Positions 11,252 through 20,741 of a stretch of DNA of 64,000 nucleotides are shown one piece after another. Source of the DNA: Tortispora ganteri (Eukaryota); NCBI GenBank assembly GCA_003707115.1, contig PPNB01000002.1, forward strand, positions 434,001 through 498,000. The letters are read 5' to 3'. Each line of letters starts with the position of its first letter. The first letter of the stretch is position 1. A program made the position numbers and the translations under genes. Below the pieces are notes generated by a model that made no database searches, had not been told where the DNA came from, and was given only the letters and a program-made list of their open reading frames with translations.

Positions 11252-14200
11252 TTACTGGGGCGATCCTCGTTCGACAATACCGTGACTCTCTGCAACACCG
11301 TCGTCGACATCGTGTACGCTGACTGATCCTGATTCAATCTGTCCTAGTCCGAGCCCAATGTTGTGAGTGTTGCCTATTCCCTGAGCAAACGTGATTCGGA
11401 TCTGGTCTTCACTCACAGTTTGTTCAGCTGGGGCCATTTCAGTGCCGGTATAGAGTGCTCCGGTCGGTTCAGGGATATTACTGACGTTGTGCCCCGCTTC
11501 AAAACTGGATGAACCAAAGTAGTCGGCCTCCTCACGACCAGTCGGTTTTGCTTCCGTCGATGTGTCTCTGTATATGCCTTCTACATTACCATATCCCTTT
11601 GGACAGCTACTGCTTCGACTCCTGTTCCCGCCAATGTCATACGCACGCGTAGGAATCAATGGTGGCGTCGGCAGAGGGCCATCTTCCTTGCTGGCATTAC
11701 CGCTTCCGTTTTGGTAAAACGACAATCCGCTAGGAGATTTGGTTCCACTCAAAGCTAAGCCGGAAATACTCTTCATATCGATACCATGCGTATCCAGCAA
11801 AGATGCAAACCTTGCACGGCCTCTAGGTATGTGTTCTTCGCGAGAAATGTCGCTAGATCCAGCCGCTAAGCTGGACCGTTTAGAGCCGGCGTTCTGCATG
11901 AGACCAAAATTTGTAGGTGCAGAGCTGCCAGCATCGTCGAGAACATCTTCTGGGTCTTCTTTGAAAACAGGCGCACGTACGGGTTTGCTTCGCACAACTT
12001 CAAATCCTTTCTGATTCCCCTGTCCGGGAATATGCCGTCCAATCCAGTTCTTGACATTTGTCGAAAGTGAAGTCGGATTAGCGGGTCCAGTGACAAACTT
12101 CCTAGTACGGTTCGCGGCCGACAGTGGTTCTCGGCTTCGTCGATAATACACATCGGCTTCTCGTACAGCGTAATCTCTACCCTCGCTGTCATCGTTAATG
12201 GACGGAGGTTTGCTGTTGGTCGAAGAACGTGATAGAGGAGCCCTCGGTGATGAGGAATGTGAATAGTCAAAATCATCATCAGAGCCTTCAATAGGAGTCT
12301 CAAAAAAGCTAGTATCACGCGGTCGAGTTACTGTACTTCTTCGTGGCTGGCGGTAGAACACAGAGTGCAACTCTGAAGCTCCAGGCACCATTCCTGCAGC
12401 TGCTGCTGCTGCCATGTCTCTGGAGTAGTTGTCAGCCTGAGAAATGCTAGACAAACCGCCATTAGCGTCGATCGAACCTGAGGTAGAAAAAGAAGCAGAG
12501 TTGTGGCTGAATGGAAAGTGCGAGCGTTCTTCTGAGGAACTCGATTTAGGAGAGCTTGCCAGTGGCTTTTCCTTAGTAGTTTGGTCCGGATCGCGGGGCT
12601 TAAATCGAGCAAATCCGTATGCAAATGGTGTCATTTCAGATTTACTTAATGTACCAATAGTCCGGAGAATGATCTCAACCAAAGTGAAAATAATTTGCAA
12701 TGCAAAGACAAATAGAATGACAATACCGTGCACGAAAAGAATAGCATATCCGATCCATGATTTTATATAGGAAGCAACATTATCTGCCACAAATCCTATA
12801 CACAACATGATGACGCAGAACCTGGCAATGGATACTGCGGCGTAGTAAGTGTTCATATTGGTTATTCTGTCATATGGACGCAAGAAATATATGGAGGCGC
12901 AGTATAGAGCTTCAATTACAGCCAGTATTGCAATCTGTGCAATACCTGATTCTTGGGCACCACCGAAGACTATTCCTCTGGCGAGTGTAGTGGAAAATAG
13001 TACGACGTTAAATGAAGCGGCCCTTCTTGGGGTTAATGTGTTGAAGACAGGACCAATTGCAAGGACTACCTGCAGGTCAGTGTAGAGTTCTTGTTTAGGG
13101 TGAGTGGTGTAGAGCTTGTAGAATATGACAGCCCATATGCAAAGATATAAAATGAGGAAAATAGCGGCGAATGCAGTAATGACGCGGGGAGAAGATGAAG
13201 CTACTAGAAAAGCAAAGCAGCAATAGGTGACGAGAGGAAGAGCAAATAAGTTGCAAAAAGTGCGGGTACACATGCCCAGCATTGTAGGAATATATTTATG
13301 TCGAAGGTCAGTGATGTTTCCCGGGAACATGCGGAAGTATAGGCGCCGTATAAGGAAGCCGACTTGCACCACCACCAGCAAAGCTGCAAGGACGACAGCC
13401 ATATAGACTGCAAAAGATGCCCAGACGTCTGCGTCAGATCCAAGCCCGACTAGAGAGCGTAGTCTGGAGAGGCCGTATGCATTCTGGTCGATGACGTAAA
13501 TGTTGTCCTGCTCTGAGATGCTGTGCTGGTGCGAGGAGAACGGCGTGTTTATCAGTCCTGTAACCCAGCTGATACAGACCATTATCGGCTGAAAGAACGT
13601 CGGATAATCTATAGATAGGGATGCAGCAAATATAGCAAATTGGATGTACTGTAAAAGGTCAGTGAGACCCGGGGTGAGGAGTCTAATAGCTTCAGGCTCA
13701 AAGTTGAACATGGAAGACCATATGAGTGGGTCTGTAGATCCGGACCAAGGATTTAGCATCGATGCAAGCACAACGGCGATGATCATCATTATGGCCAATG
13801 CTAAGACGACGTAGGTGAACACGTGAGAGACGTCGCTAGAGAAAGTAGGAGTAAACTCGGCCTGGACACAACCGACAACGTAGCCTGAGGGGTTTACAAT
13901 GCGGAACTGGGTAACAAGGCTAACAAGCTGATAGCTGGAGGATAGGTCGTGCATGAAATTGAGCATTGTGTAGCCTTCGAGTGGGCAAGGGGCAGAAGAG
14001 TAGGAGCAAAGCGGGACAAACGTTGTCGGTATAACACTGTAGTCAAGAAGACGAGTCTGGATTTCAAGTGAGGACTGGAACCCGTTCTCAACATTCTGAA
14101 TGACTCCCGAGACATTACCCGAAATAATAAATGATAAGTTGTCGGTATCCTTGTCGTAAGAGACGTTGTATCCTAACGGAAGGAAGAAGACAGAATTCTG

Positions 14201-14314
14201 TGTAGTTAGCGGTTCAAGACAATCTGTGAAAGGCACTGATACCGCAAATACTAGCGTTATCAGATGTACTAGCAGCAGCATCTGTGTCCCTCGAGCCAGG
14301 CTAACTAGCTGCAT
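11252..14314 (-). CDS. TRP-like/flavin carrier (FLC) family membrane protein with N-terminal ML-like domain
   Basis: Signal peptide, Cys-containing lumenal domain (LC...CP, GCVQAEFTP), TPGLTDLLQYIQF, LSIDYPTFFQP, multiple TMs, long disordered C-tail. Confidence 0.85.
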   Translation of the reverse strand: MQLVSLARGTQMLLLVHLITLVFAVSVPFTDCLEPLTTQNSVFFLPLGYNVSYDKDTDNLSFIISGNVSGVIQNVENGFQSSLEIQTRLLDYSVIPTTFVPLCSYSSAPCPLEGYTMLNFMHDLSSSYQLVSLVTQFRIVNPSGYVVGCVQAEFTPTFSSDVSHVFTYVVLALAIMMIIAVVLASMLNPWSGSTDPLIWSSMFNFEPEAIRLLTPGLTDLLQYIQFAIFAASLSIDYPTFFQPIMVCISWVTGLINTPFSSHQHSISEQDNIYVIDQNAYGLSRLRSLVGLGSDADVWASFAVYMAVVLAALLVVVQVGFLIRRLYFRMFPGNITDLRHKYIPTMLGMCTRTFCNLFALPLVTYCCFAFLVASSSPRVITAFAAIFLILYLCIWAVIFYKLYTTHPKQELYTDLQVVLAIGPVFNTLTPRRAASFNVVLFSTTLARGIVFGGAQESGIAQIAILAVIEALYCASIYFLRPYDRITNMNTYYAAVSIARFCVIMLCIGFVADNVASYIKSWIGYAILFVHGIVILFVFALQIIFTLVEIILRTIGTLSKSEMTPFAYGFARFKPRDPDQTTKEKPLASSPKSSSSEERSHFPFSHNSASFSTSGSIDANGGLSSISQADNYSRDMAAAAAAGMVPGASELHSVFYRQPRRSTVTRPRDTSFFETPIEGSDDDFDYSHSSSPRAPLSRSSTNSKPPSINDDSEGRDYAVREADVYYRRSREPLSAANRTRKFVTGPANPTSLSTNVKNWIGRHIPGQGNQKGFEVVRSKPVRAPVFKEDPEDVLDDAGSSAPTNFGLMQNAGSKRSSLAAGSSDISREEHIPRGRARFASLLDTHGIDMKSISGLALSGTKSPSGLSFYQNGSGNASKEDGPLPTPPLIPTRAYDIGGNRSRSSSCPKGYGNVEGIYRDTSTEAKPTGREEADYFGSSSFEAGHNVSNIPEPTGALYTGTEMAPAEQTVSEDQIRITFAQGIGNTHNIGLGLGQIESGSVSVHDVDDGVAESHGIVERGSPQ

Positions 14315-15012
14315 GAGGCGAAACGAAACGAAATGAGAGCGAATAGTGTGCCACAGATCAAAGTGAGTTTGGATGATATTCAGTTACCCTACACAAGGGA
14401 AATTTTCGCGGGTCAGCAGCTAAGCAATCACTGCAAAATGCTTTTTCAAGCAGAATAGGCGCAGATGAATATTTCAGACAAACTGACGAATGAGTTTAGC
14501 TAAGGTCTGCGTCTTGAAAATTCGGTTCAGGGCTTACTTGCAGCGAAATGAAGGAGAAAGTGTACTGGGAGAGAAGTAAGCATTGCTATTGGTTCCATGT
14601 GTTTCGGTAACCAATTTGTGGCTGAGCAGGGACCCCACCCGAGCCTGCCTAGCAGTATAACACGAAGACAGTAAACTGTGTATTACCTATTTGATATAAA
14701 AGAATCGTTTTAAGACAACTTTCAATATTACTGGATTGTCTGTGAATGTTGGCCTAGAACTATTACAAGATCTAACGATCGCAGTTTAGTAAAACTCTAA
14801 TGTAATTAAAGTTTTGCACTAAAATTAAACGGGATGGTATCCAGCACCACATGTTACCACCACTGCTTTTGACTAACCTACCCAGAAAGCCCCACAATAA
14901 GAACAGCACATTCTCTTAATAAAACCATTTACAAAAACCTCTATCACAGTCACGTACTACTTACTACCTTTATTAAACAGTTACAGATTGTACTATCCTG
15001 TAATATACTACA

Positions 15013-16515
15013 ATGTCGGACAACAGGAAACATCTGAAGTCTCAATCTACTTTCGCCTTTGAGAACAAGCAAATCTCTGTTGCCGCGTCTCAAATGAGAA
15101 ACGCTCTTAACAAGCTCACCGACACTGTCGAGGACCCAATCACCAAAGCAAATTTTCAGACGGAAATGGATAACTTTTTTGCCCTGTATTCGCGCTTCTT
15201 AGCCGATAAAGCAAAAGGATCTACGCTCGAATGGGACAGCATTAGACCCCCTAAGCCTGACCAGGTCGTCGAGTACTCCTCTATACCCGAACCTGATGTT
15301 GCTCCCACGGAGTTCCTCAGCAAGTTGGCCGTATTGAAACTCAATGGTGGCCTTGGTACATCCATGGGATGCGTCGGACCTAAATCTGTCATTGAGGTTC
15401 GCGAAGGCCAGTCTTTCCTCGATCTCTCCGTTAGACAGGTTGAACAGCTTAACAGAACCTACAACGTCAATGTTCCTTTTTTGCTCATGAATTCATTCAA
15501 TACTGACGAAGACACTCAAGCAATTATTAAAAAATACGAAGGTCATAATGTACAGATTATCACCTTTAACCAATCTCGCTTCCCACGAATCGAAAAGGAC
15601 TCGCAGCTCCCCGTCCCTAAGTCCTACGACAGCTCAATCGAGTCATGGTATCCTCCTGGCCATGGTGACTTGTTCGAGGCTCTCGCTAACTCGGGTGTCC
15701 TTGATAAGTTGATTGAGGAAGGCAAGGAGTACATTTTTGTATCCAACATCGATAATCTTGGCGCCGTCGTCGATCTCAATATACTCAGGCACATGGACAA
15801 AACCCGCGCCGAGTACATCATGGAGTTGACCGACAAAACCCGCGCAGATGTCAAGGGAGGAACAATCATTGATTACGATGGCTCTGTGCGCCTCCTAGAA
15901 ATTGCTCAAGTCCCCAAGGAACATACTGAGGAGTTCAAGAGTATCAAAAAGTTCAAGTACTTCAACACTAACAACATTTGGCTTAACCTCAAAGCCATTC
16001 GCCGTGTCGTTGATAACAACGAACTACAATTGGAAATAATCCCTAACCAAAAATCCATCAAGGTTGGCGGAAAGGAAACAAGCGTCTTGCAACTTGAGAC
16101 TGCCGTTGGTGCCGCTATCCGTCATTTCAAAGGTGCTCATGGTGTGAATGTGCCCCGTCGCCGATTCCTTCCTGTGAAGACTTGCTCGGATCTACTGCTT
16201 GTAAAATCCGATCTGTATACTTTGAAATCTGGTCGTCTCGAAATGGATCCTGCTAGATACGGCCCTGCTCCCTTAGTGAAGCTTGGAGGTCATTTCAAAA
16301 AAGTTAAAGATTTCCAAGAACGCATTCCTCACATGCCCCGCATTGTTGAACTTGATCATCTTACAATAACTGGCAATGTCATGCTCGGAAAGGGCGTTCA
16401 GCTAAAGGGCACAGTCATTATCGTATGTTCTGATGGACACGAGATTGACATTCCTAATGGAAGCATCCTTGAGAATGTTGTCATTACCGGTAACCTTAGT
16501 ATTCTAGAGCATTAG
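15013..16515 (+). CDS. UGP1: UTP-glucose-1-phosphate uridylyltransferase
   Basis: [34 protein letters not shown]-terminal LSILEH. Confidence 0.98.
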   Translation: MSDNRKHLKSQSTFAFENKQISVAASQMRNALNKLTDTVEDPITKANFQTEMDNFFALYSRFLADKAKGSTLEWDSIRPPKPDQVVEYSSIPEPDVAPTEFLSKLAVLKLNGGLGTSMGCVGPKSVIEVREGQSFLDLSVRQVEQLNRTYNVNVPFLLMNSFNTDEDTQAIIKKYEGHNVQIITFNQSRFPRIEKDSQLPVPKSYDSSIESWYPPGHGDLFEALANSGVLDKLIEEGKEYIFVSNIDNLGAVVDLNILRHMDKTRAEYIMELTDKTRADVKGGTIIDYDGSVRLLEIAQVPKEHTEEFKSIKKFKYFNTNNIWLNLKAIRRVVDNNELQLEIIPNQKSIKVGGKETSVLQLETAVGAAIRHFKGAHGVNVPRRRFLPVKTCSDLLLVKSDLYTLKSGRLEMDPARYGPAPLVKLGGHFKKVKDFQERIPHMPRIVELDHLTITGNVMLGKGVQLKGTVIIVCSDGHEIDIPNGSILENVVITGNLSILEH

Positions 16516-16579
16516 TTATATATATATATATCAATATACCTTTCGCATTACTGTATGATTTTTATTTTTTGTGGAACAA

Positions 16580-17575
16580 CTACAACTTGGAGTCATTAGC
16601 AACGCGGATTACTACTTTACCCCATGTCTTACGTGTAGAGAGGTCTGAAAGGGCTTGTGGAACTGATTGTAGGCCTTGATAAATCGTGTCAAAGTTCGCA
16701 GATCTGATTAAGCCTTTCGCAATCAAACGTTCGATTCCGTCCCACATGACGTCCAATCCTTTGGTATCTTGGACAAAGTACGCACCCCAGTGTACGCCAA
16801 CTAGGGAGCATTGTTTAAGTAGGAACTTGTTGGTTCTTACGGATTCAATTTGACCAGCAGCAAATCCAACGACCAATATGCGAGAGTTCCATCCGACTAC
16901 CTTCAGAGATTTGTCGACCATGCCCACAGGGTCGTATACGACATCTACTCCTTTGCGATTGAGAGACTTAGAAATTTTCTTAACCTCTTCTATCCAGTCA
17001 GCTGTAGAATAGTTGATTCCGTAGTCAGCACCGAATTTCTTGCAAATGTCAAGTTTGCTATCGGATCCAGCGGTAGCAATTACCTTAGCGCCTAGGGCCT
17101 TGGCGATCTGTATAGCGTAAATACCAACACCGCCTGCACCGGCGTGCACGAGGACCAATTCGTCAGGTTGGAGGTTGGCGCGCATGGCAAGAGCACAATA
17201 AGATGTCGGGAGTGTAACGAAAATTCCTGCAGCGTCTTTAGTAGTCCAACCTTTATGAACTTTGCGGATATTCAAAGGATTGGCGAGGCAGTATTCACCA
17301 TAGGAGCCCTGAGTTGATCCGAACACTTTGTCGCCTGGTTTGAAGGCAGGGTTGTTCGATTCGACAACAGACCCACTAAACTCTGCTCCCAGGACGTATG
17401 GAAAAGGTGGTTGGTTTTGGTACTTGCCTTGCATTTGTAAGGTGTCGAAGAAGTTGGCGCCAGCGTATTCTACTTTTACGAGTACTTGGTTTTTGCCCGG
17501 TTTGGGAACATCGACGTCGGCAACCTTGAGATCGAAAGGGGAGGAAACGTATTTCGTGATAGATATGGCTTTCAT
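16580..17575 (-). CDS. NADPH:quinone oxidoreductase (zeta-crystallin, MDR family), PTS1-bearing
   Basis: GANFFD...GKYQ..PPFPYVLGAEFSG, VHAGAGGVG, GVDVVYDPVG; ends in SKL. Confidence 0.9.
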   Translation of the reverse strand: MKAISITKYVSSPFDLKVADVDVPKPGKNQVLVKVEYAGANFFDTLQMQGKYQNQPPFPYVLGAEFSGSVVESNNPAFKPGDKVFGSTQGSYGEYCLANPLNIRKVHKGWTTKDAAGIFVTLPTSYCALAMRANLQPDELVLVHAGAGGVGIYAIQIAKALGAKVIATAGSDSKLDICKKFGADYGINYSTADWIEEVKKISKSLNRKGVDVVYDPVGMVDKSLKVVGWNSRILVVGFAAGQIESVRTNKFLLKQCSLVGVHWGAYFVQDTKGLDVMWDGIERLIAKGLIRSANFDTIYQGLQSVPQALSDLSTRKTWGKVVIRVANDSKL

Positions 17576-17823
17576 TAGAGTCGTAAGTAGTGCAGCGGGG
17601 AGCAGTGGCAGCCGATTGCGCGGGGTAAAGGCGCAAGTTTATATAGGGGTGGTGGAGCTGGAGCGATCGCCAAAGTGGGGGGGGTAAAAGCGCAACGCTA
17701 ACCTAAAACCGACGAACCGAGGTGCTGTCTGCATAGCAACGGGCTAATGAGTACAGGATCAAGGACGCGAAAAGTTGGTGCTGGTGTGGTGGTATAGATG
17801 TGTGTCCAGTAGTAAAATACGGG

Positions 17824-18297
17824 TCAAAGGATGGTGGCCATATTCTGATAAGAAGTTGCCACGATGAAGAGCACCTGTATGACGGCCCAGACGAGCGGTA
17901 TCCAGGTGGACATAGGAAAGGAGCCGGTGTTGTAGACGGCGGCGAGCAGGAAACCTATAACTGATCCGGAGAAAAAAGCCTCAACAATGCCTATTACGAG
18001 GTATGTAGCGACTAAGACCAGACCCCACTTGATATTTTTCAGGCAGTATGCGGCATAGCATGAGGCTGCAAGATGAAAGGCTGTGAAAAGGATTATTGTC
18101 CAATAGACGGTGAACAGCCATATGTCCTTGGTGTAGTAGAGGTAATAGCTGACATCGATATTGGAGCTCATAGGCCATATCAGCGAAGGGAACTTCGGAG
18201 TGACATATGCTTCAATTTCTAGCGATCTATTTGTTAGTTCATGCCATTTATTTTGGTATTTTCAGATTGTTTACAGATTCACTTACATGTCACTCAT
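17824..18297 (-). CDS. TMEM170-family integral membrane protein, two exons: 18297-18287 and 18226-17824
   Basis: Intron 18286-18227 (GTAAGT...AACTAAC AAATAG) gives MSDISLEIEAYVTPKFPSLIWP-MSS...YLYYTKDIWLFTVYWT...AAVYNTGSFPMSTWIPLVWA, with three TMs. Confidence 0.82.
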
Positions 18298-18309
18298 TCC
18301 AGAACGTTC
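18297..18309. promoter_or_regulatory. Perfect heat-shock element upstream of STI1
   Basis: TTCcaGAAcgTTC (three alternating nGAAn units), followed by TATATATA at 18343-18350 and the STI1 ATG at 18416. Confidence 0.8.
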
Positions 18310-18415
18310 TCCTTTGATCCAATTGGGAGTTCTATAGCAGTCTATATATATGGCGCCAGGTCCCCCCTAATAAGGATTAAAGGCTTTAAGCGCCATTATT
18401 TGACAAGTAATAACA

Positions 18416-20125
18416 ATGTCAGCTGACGAACTAAAAGCACAAGGAAATGCTGCTTTTGCGGCTAAAGATTTTCCGAAAGCTGTTGAGCTGTTTACACAGG
18501 CGATCAATGCCTCTGAATCTCCAAACCACGTCCTGTACTCTAACCGTGCAGGTGCTTTTGCGAGCATGCGAGAATTCGAGAAATCTCTTCAAGACGCCGA
18601 AGAATGCATTCGTTTGGCACCTGAATGGGTCAAGGGACACACTCGTAAAGCAGCCGCTCTTCATGGAAAAGGTGATCTCATTGGCGCCCTCGATGAATAC
18701 GATCTCGCACTCTCAAAGGACCCCAACAATGCGCAGGCTATCAGCGGAAAGAAAGCTGTCGAAGATGCTATCGCCAAGGAAGCTGCTGAAGATGGGCAAT
18801 CTCCTGATATGGGCATAAATAAGATTCTTTCAGATCCTAGTATTTGGAGCAAACTCGCAGCTAACCCGAAAACTGCGCCGTTCCTTGCCGATCCGTCGTT
18901 TGTCGAGAAATTAAAGGGCGTACAAGCCGACCCATCTACATTCTTCACGGCTATGCAAAGTGATCCACGTCTAATGCATATTGTCGCTGCACTCATGGGA
19001 ATCGACATGACATCTGGTGCGCCCACAGAAAGTTCTGACAATTCTGCGTCTGCCGCTACCTCTAACACCTCTGCGCAGACTCAGGTTCCTAAATCTGAAC
19101 CGAAACCGGAACCTAAAGTCGAATCTGAGCCTGTAGACCCAGAGAAGTCCGCTGCTGACGAGCATAAGGCTAAGGGAAATGCTGCCTATAAGGCACGCGA
19201 ATTCGATACCGCTATTGAGCATTACAAGGCCGCCTGGGATACATACAAGGATATCACGTACTTGAATAACCTTGCTGCAGCTTATTACGAAAAAGGCGAT
19301 TACGAAACTTGTATAAGCACATGCAAGGAAGCTATTGAAAAAGGTCGTGAGATGCACGCTGATTATAAACTAGTTGCTAAATCGTTTGCCAGGATCGGAA
19401 CCGCGTATAGCAAGCTAGGAAATTTGGCTGAAGCAATTGAAAATTACTCCAAGTCTCTGACGGAACATCGTACTCCTGATACACTGAACAAACTCCGTGC
19501 TGCTGAGAAAGAGCTGAAAAAGCAACAAGAGTTGGCGTATATTGATCCTGTTAAAGCTGAAGAGGCTCGCGAACAAGGTAACGACTTGTTTAAGAAGGCA
19601 GACTGGCCTGGTGCAGTCAAGGCGTACACTGAGATGATAAAGAGAAACCCTGATGATGTTCGAGGTTATACTAATCGAGCTGCTGCACTTTCTAAGCTGA
19701 TGTCGTTCCCCGATGCTGTAAAAGACTGTGATACGGCAATTGCTAAAGATCCTACCTTTGTGAAAGCATATATTCGCAAAGCTAATTGTTTCTTGGCCAT
19801 GAGAGAGTACTCTAAGCTTCTAGAGACACTTAACGATGCTACTGATCATGATGCCGATGGTTCACACGCAAACGAGATTGCGCAGCTTAAGCAGAAGGCA
19901 TTATCTGCGCGATTCTCAGCTATTGATGGTGAGACCGAAGAGCAAACTATGGAAAGAATATCTAAAGACCCTGAAGTTGTCAGTATTCTTCAAGATCCAG
20001 TTATGAACTCGATTTTAAGCCAAGCTCGCGACAACCCAGCTGCACTGCAAGATCATTTACGCAATCCTGATATCAGACGCAAATTTGAGATCCTAACAGC
20101 TGCAGGTGTTATTAGGATGAGATAA
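18416..20125 (+). CDS. STI1: Hsp70/Hsp90 organising co-chaperone Sti1/HOP
   Basis: TPR1-DP1-TPR2A-TPR2B-DP2 layout; KAQGNAAF, KSLTEHRTPDTL, DPVMNSILSQARDNPAAL. Confidence 0.97.
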   Translation: MSADELKAQGNAAFAAKDFPKAVELFTQAINASESPNHVLYSNRAGAFASMREFEKSLQDAEECIRLAPEWVKGHTRKAAALHGKGDLIGALDEYDLALSKDPNNAQAISGKKAVEDAIAKEAAEDGQSPDMGINKILSDPSIWSKLAANPKTAPFLADPSFVEKLKGVQADPSTFFTAMQSDPRLMHIVAALMGIDMTSGAPTESSDNSASAATSNTSAQTQVPKSEPKPEPKVESEPVDPEKSAADEHKAKGNAAYKAREFDTAIEHYKAAWDTYKDITYLNNLAAAYYEKGDYETCISTCKEAIEKGREMHADYKLVAKSFARIGTAYSKLGNLAEAIENYSKSLTEHRTPDTLNKLRAAEKELKKQQELAYIDPVKAEEAREQGNDLFKKADWPGAVKAYTEMIKRNPDDVRGYTNRAAALSKLMSFPDAVKDCDTAIAKDPTFVKAYIRKANCFLAMREYSKLLETLNDATDHDADGSHANEIAQLKQKALSARFSAIDGETEEQTMERISKDPEVVSILQDPVMNSILSQARDNPAALQDHLRNPDIRRKFEILTAAGVIRMR

Positions 20126-20741
20126 TTTGCTAATAAGCAAGTAATAATAGTATGGATACGAATACGCATAATTTATTTGCTTATCTTTCAAGCGATTCAT
20201 ATATTGTAGAGAGGTCTAGTATTAATAAAGTTTGACGTAACCTTATTAAGGATTCAGTGTTTGAGTGTCAGCGGCAAAACAAATGAAAAGTTCACCTTTA
20301 TAAGTGAAAGTGGTGCAAATTTCAGTAATTACTACAGGGTTTTTGGAAGTATTTAAGCAGAATAGTTGGAGTTTATTATGTTGCCGGTACTGATATTAGT
20401 AAGCCGATGATCTTCGTGTGCGGCTTTAGTTCAGTATGCAGATCTAGCGAACGATATCATGGTATGATAGGTGCCATCGGGTTGTTTATTCTGTGGGGTA
20501 GCTTAATTTAGCCAAATATTTAAAACCGAATATAGCTTATCAAAGTTACCGACGGTTCGAACTAAACGAAAGAAAAAGTATACCTCGGGAAGAATCCAAT
20601 AAGGTAATCGCAGCTTAACAACCGTAGGGTTTTTTTTACCCCACATCTCGAGGGGTAAAAATATATAGCCGCGGTCTTCTTATATATAAAGGGCCAAGAA
20701 ATGGTGAAATGGTCACGTAACATTTTCTATAAAATACTTCT

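Noticed and set aside
14459..14512. Terminal stem GCGCAGA/TCTGCGT with C/D-like boxes
   Set aside because: No proper RUGAUGA box and no terminal CUGA, so insufficient for a snoRNA call.
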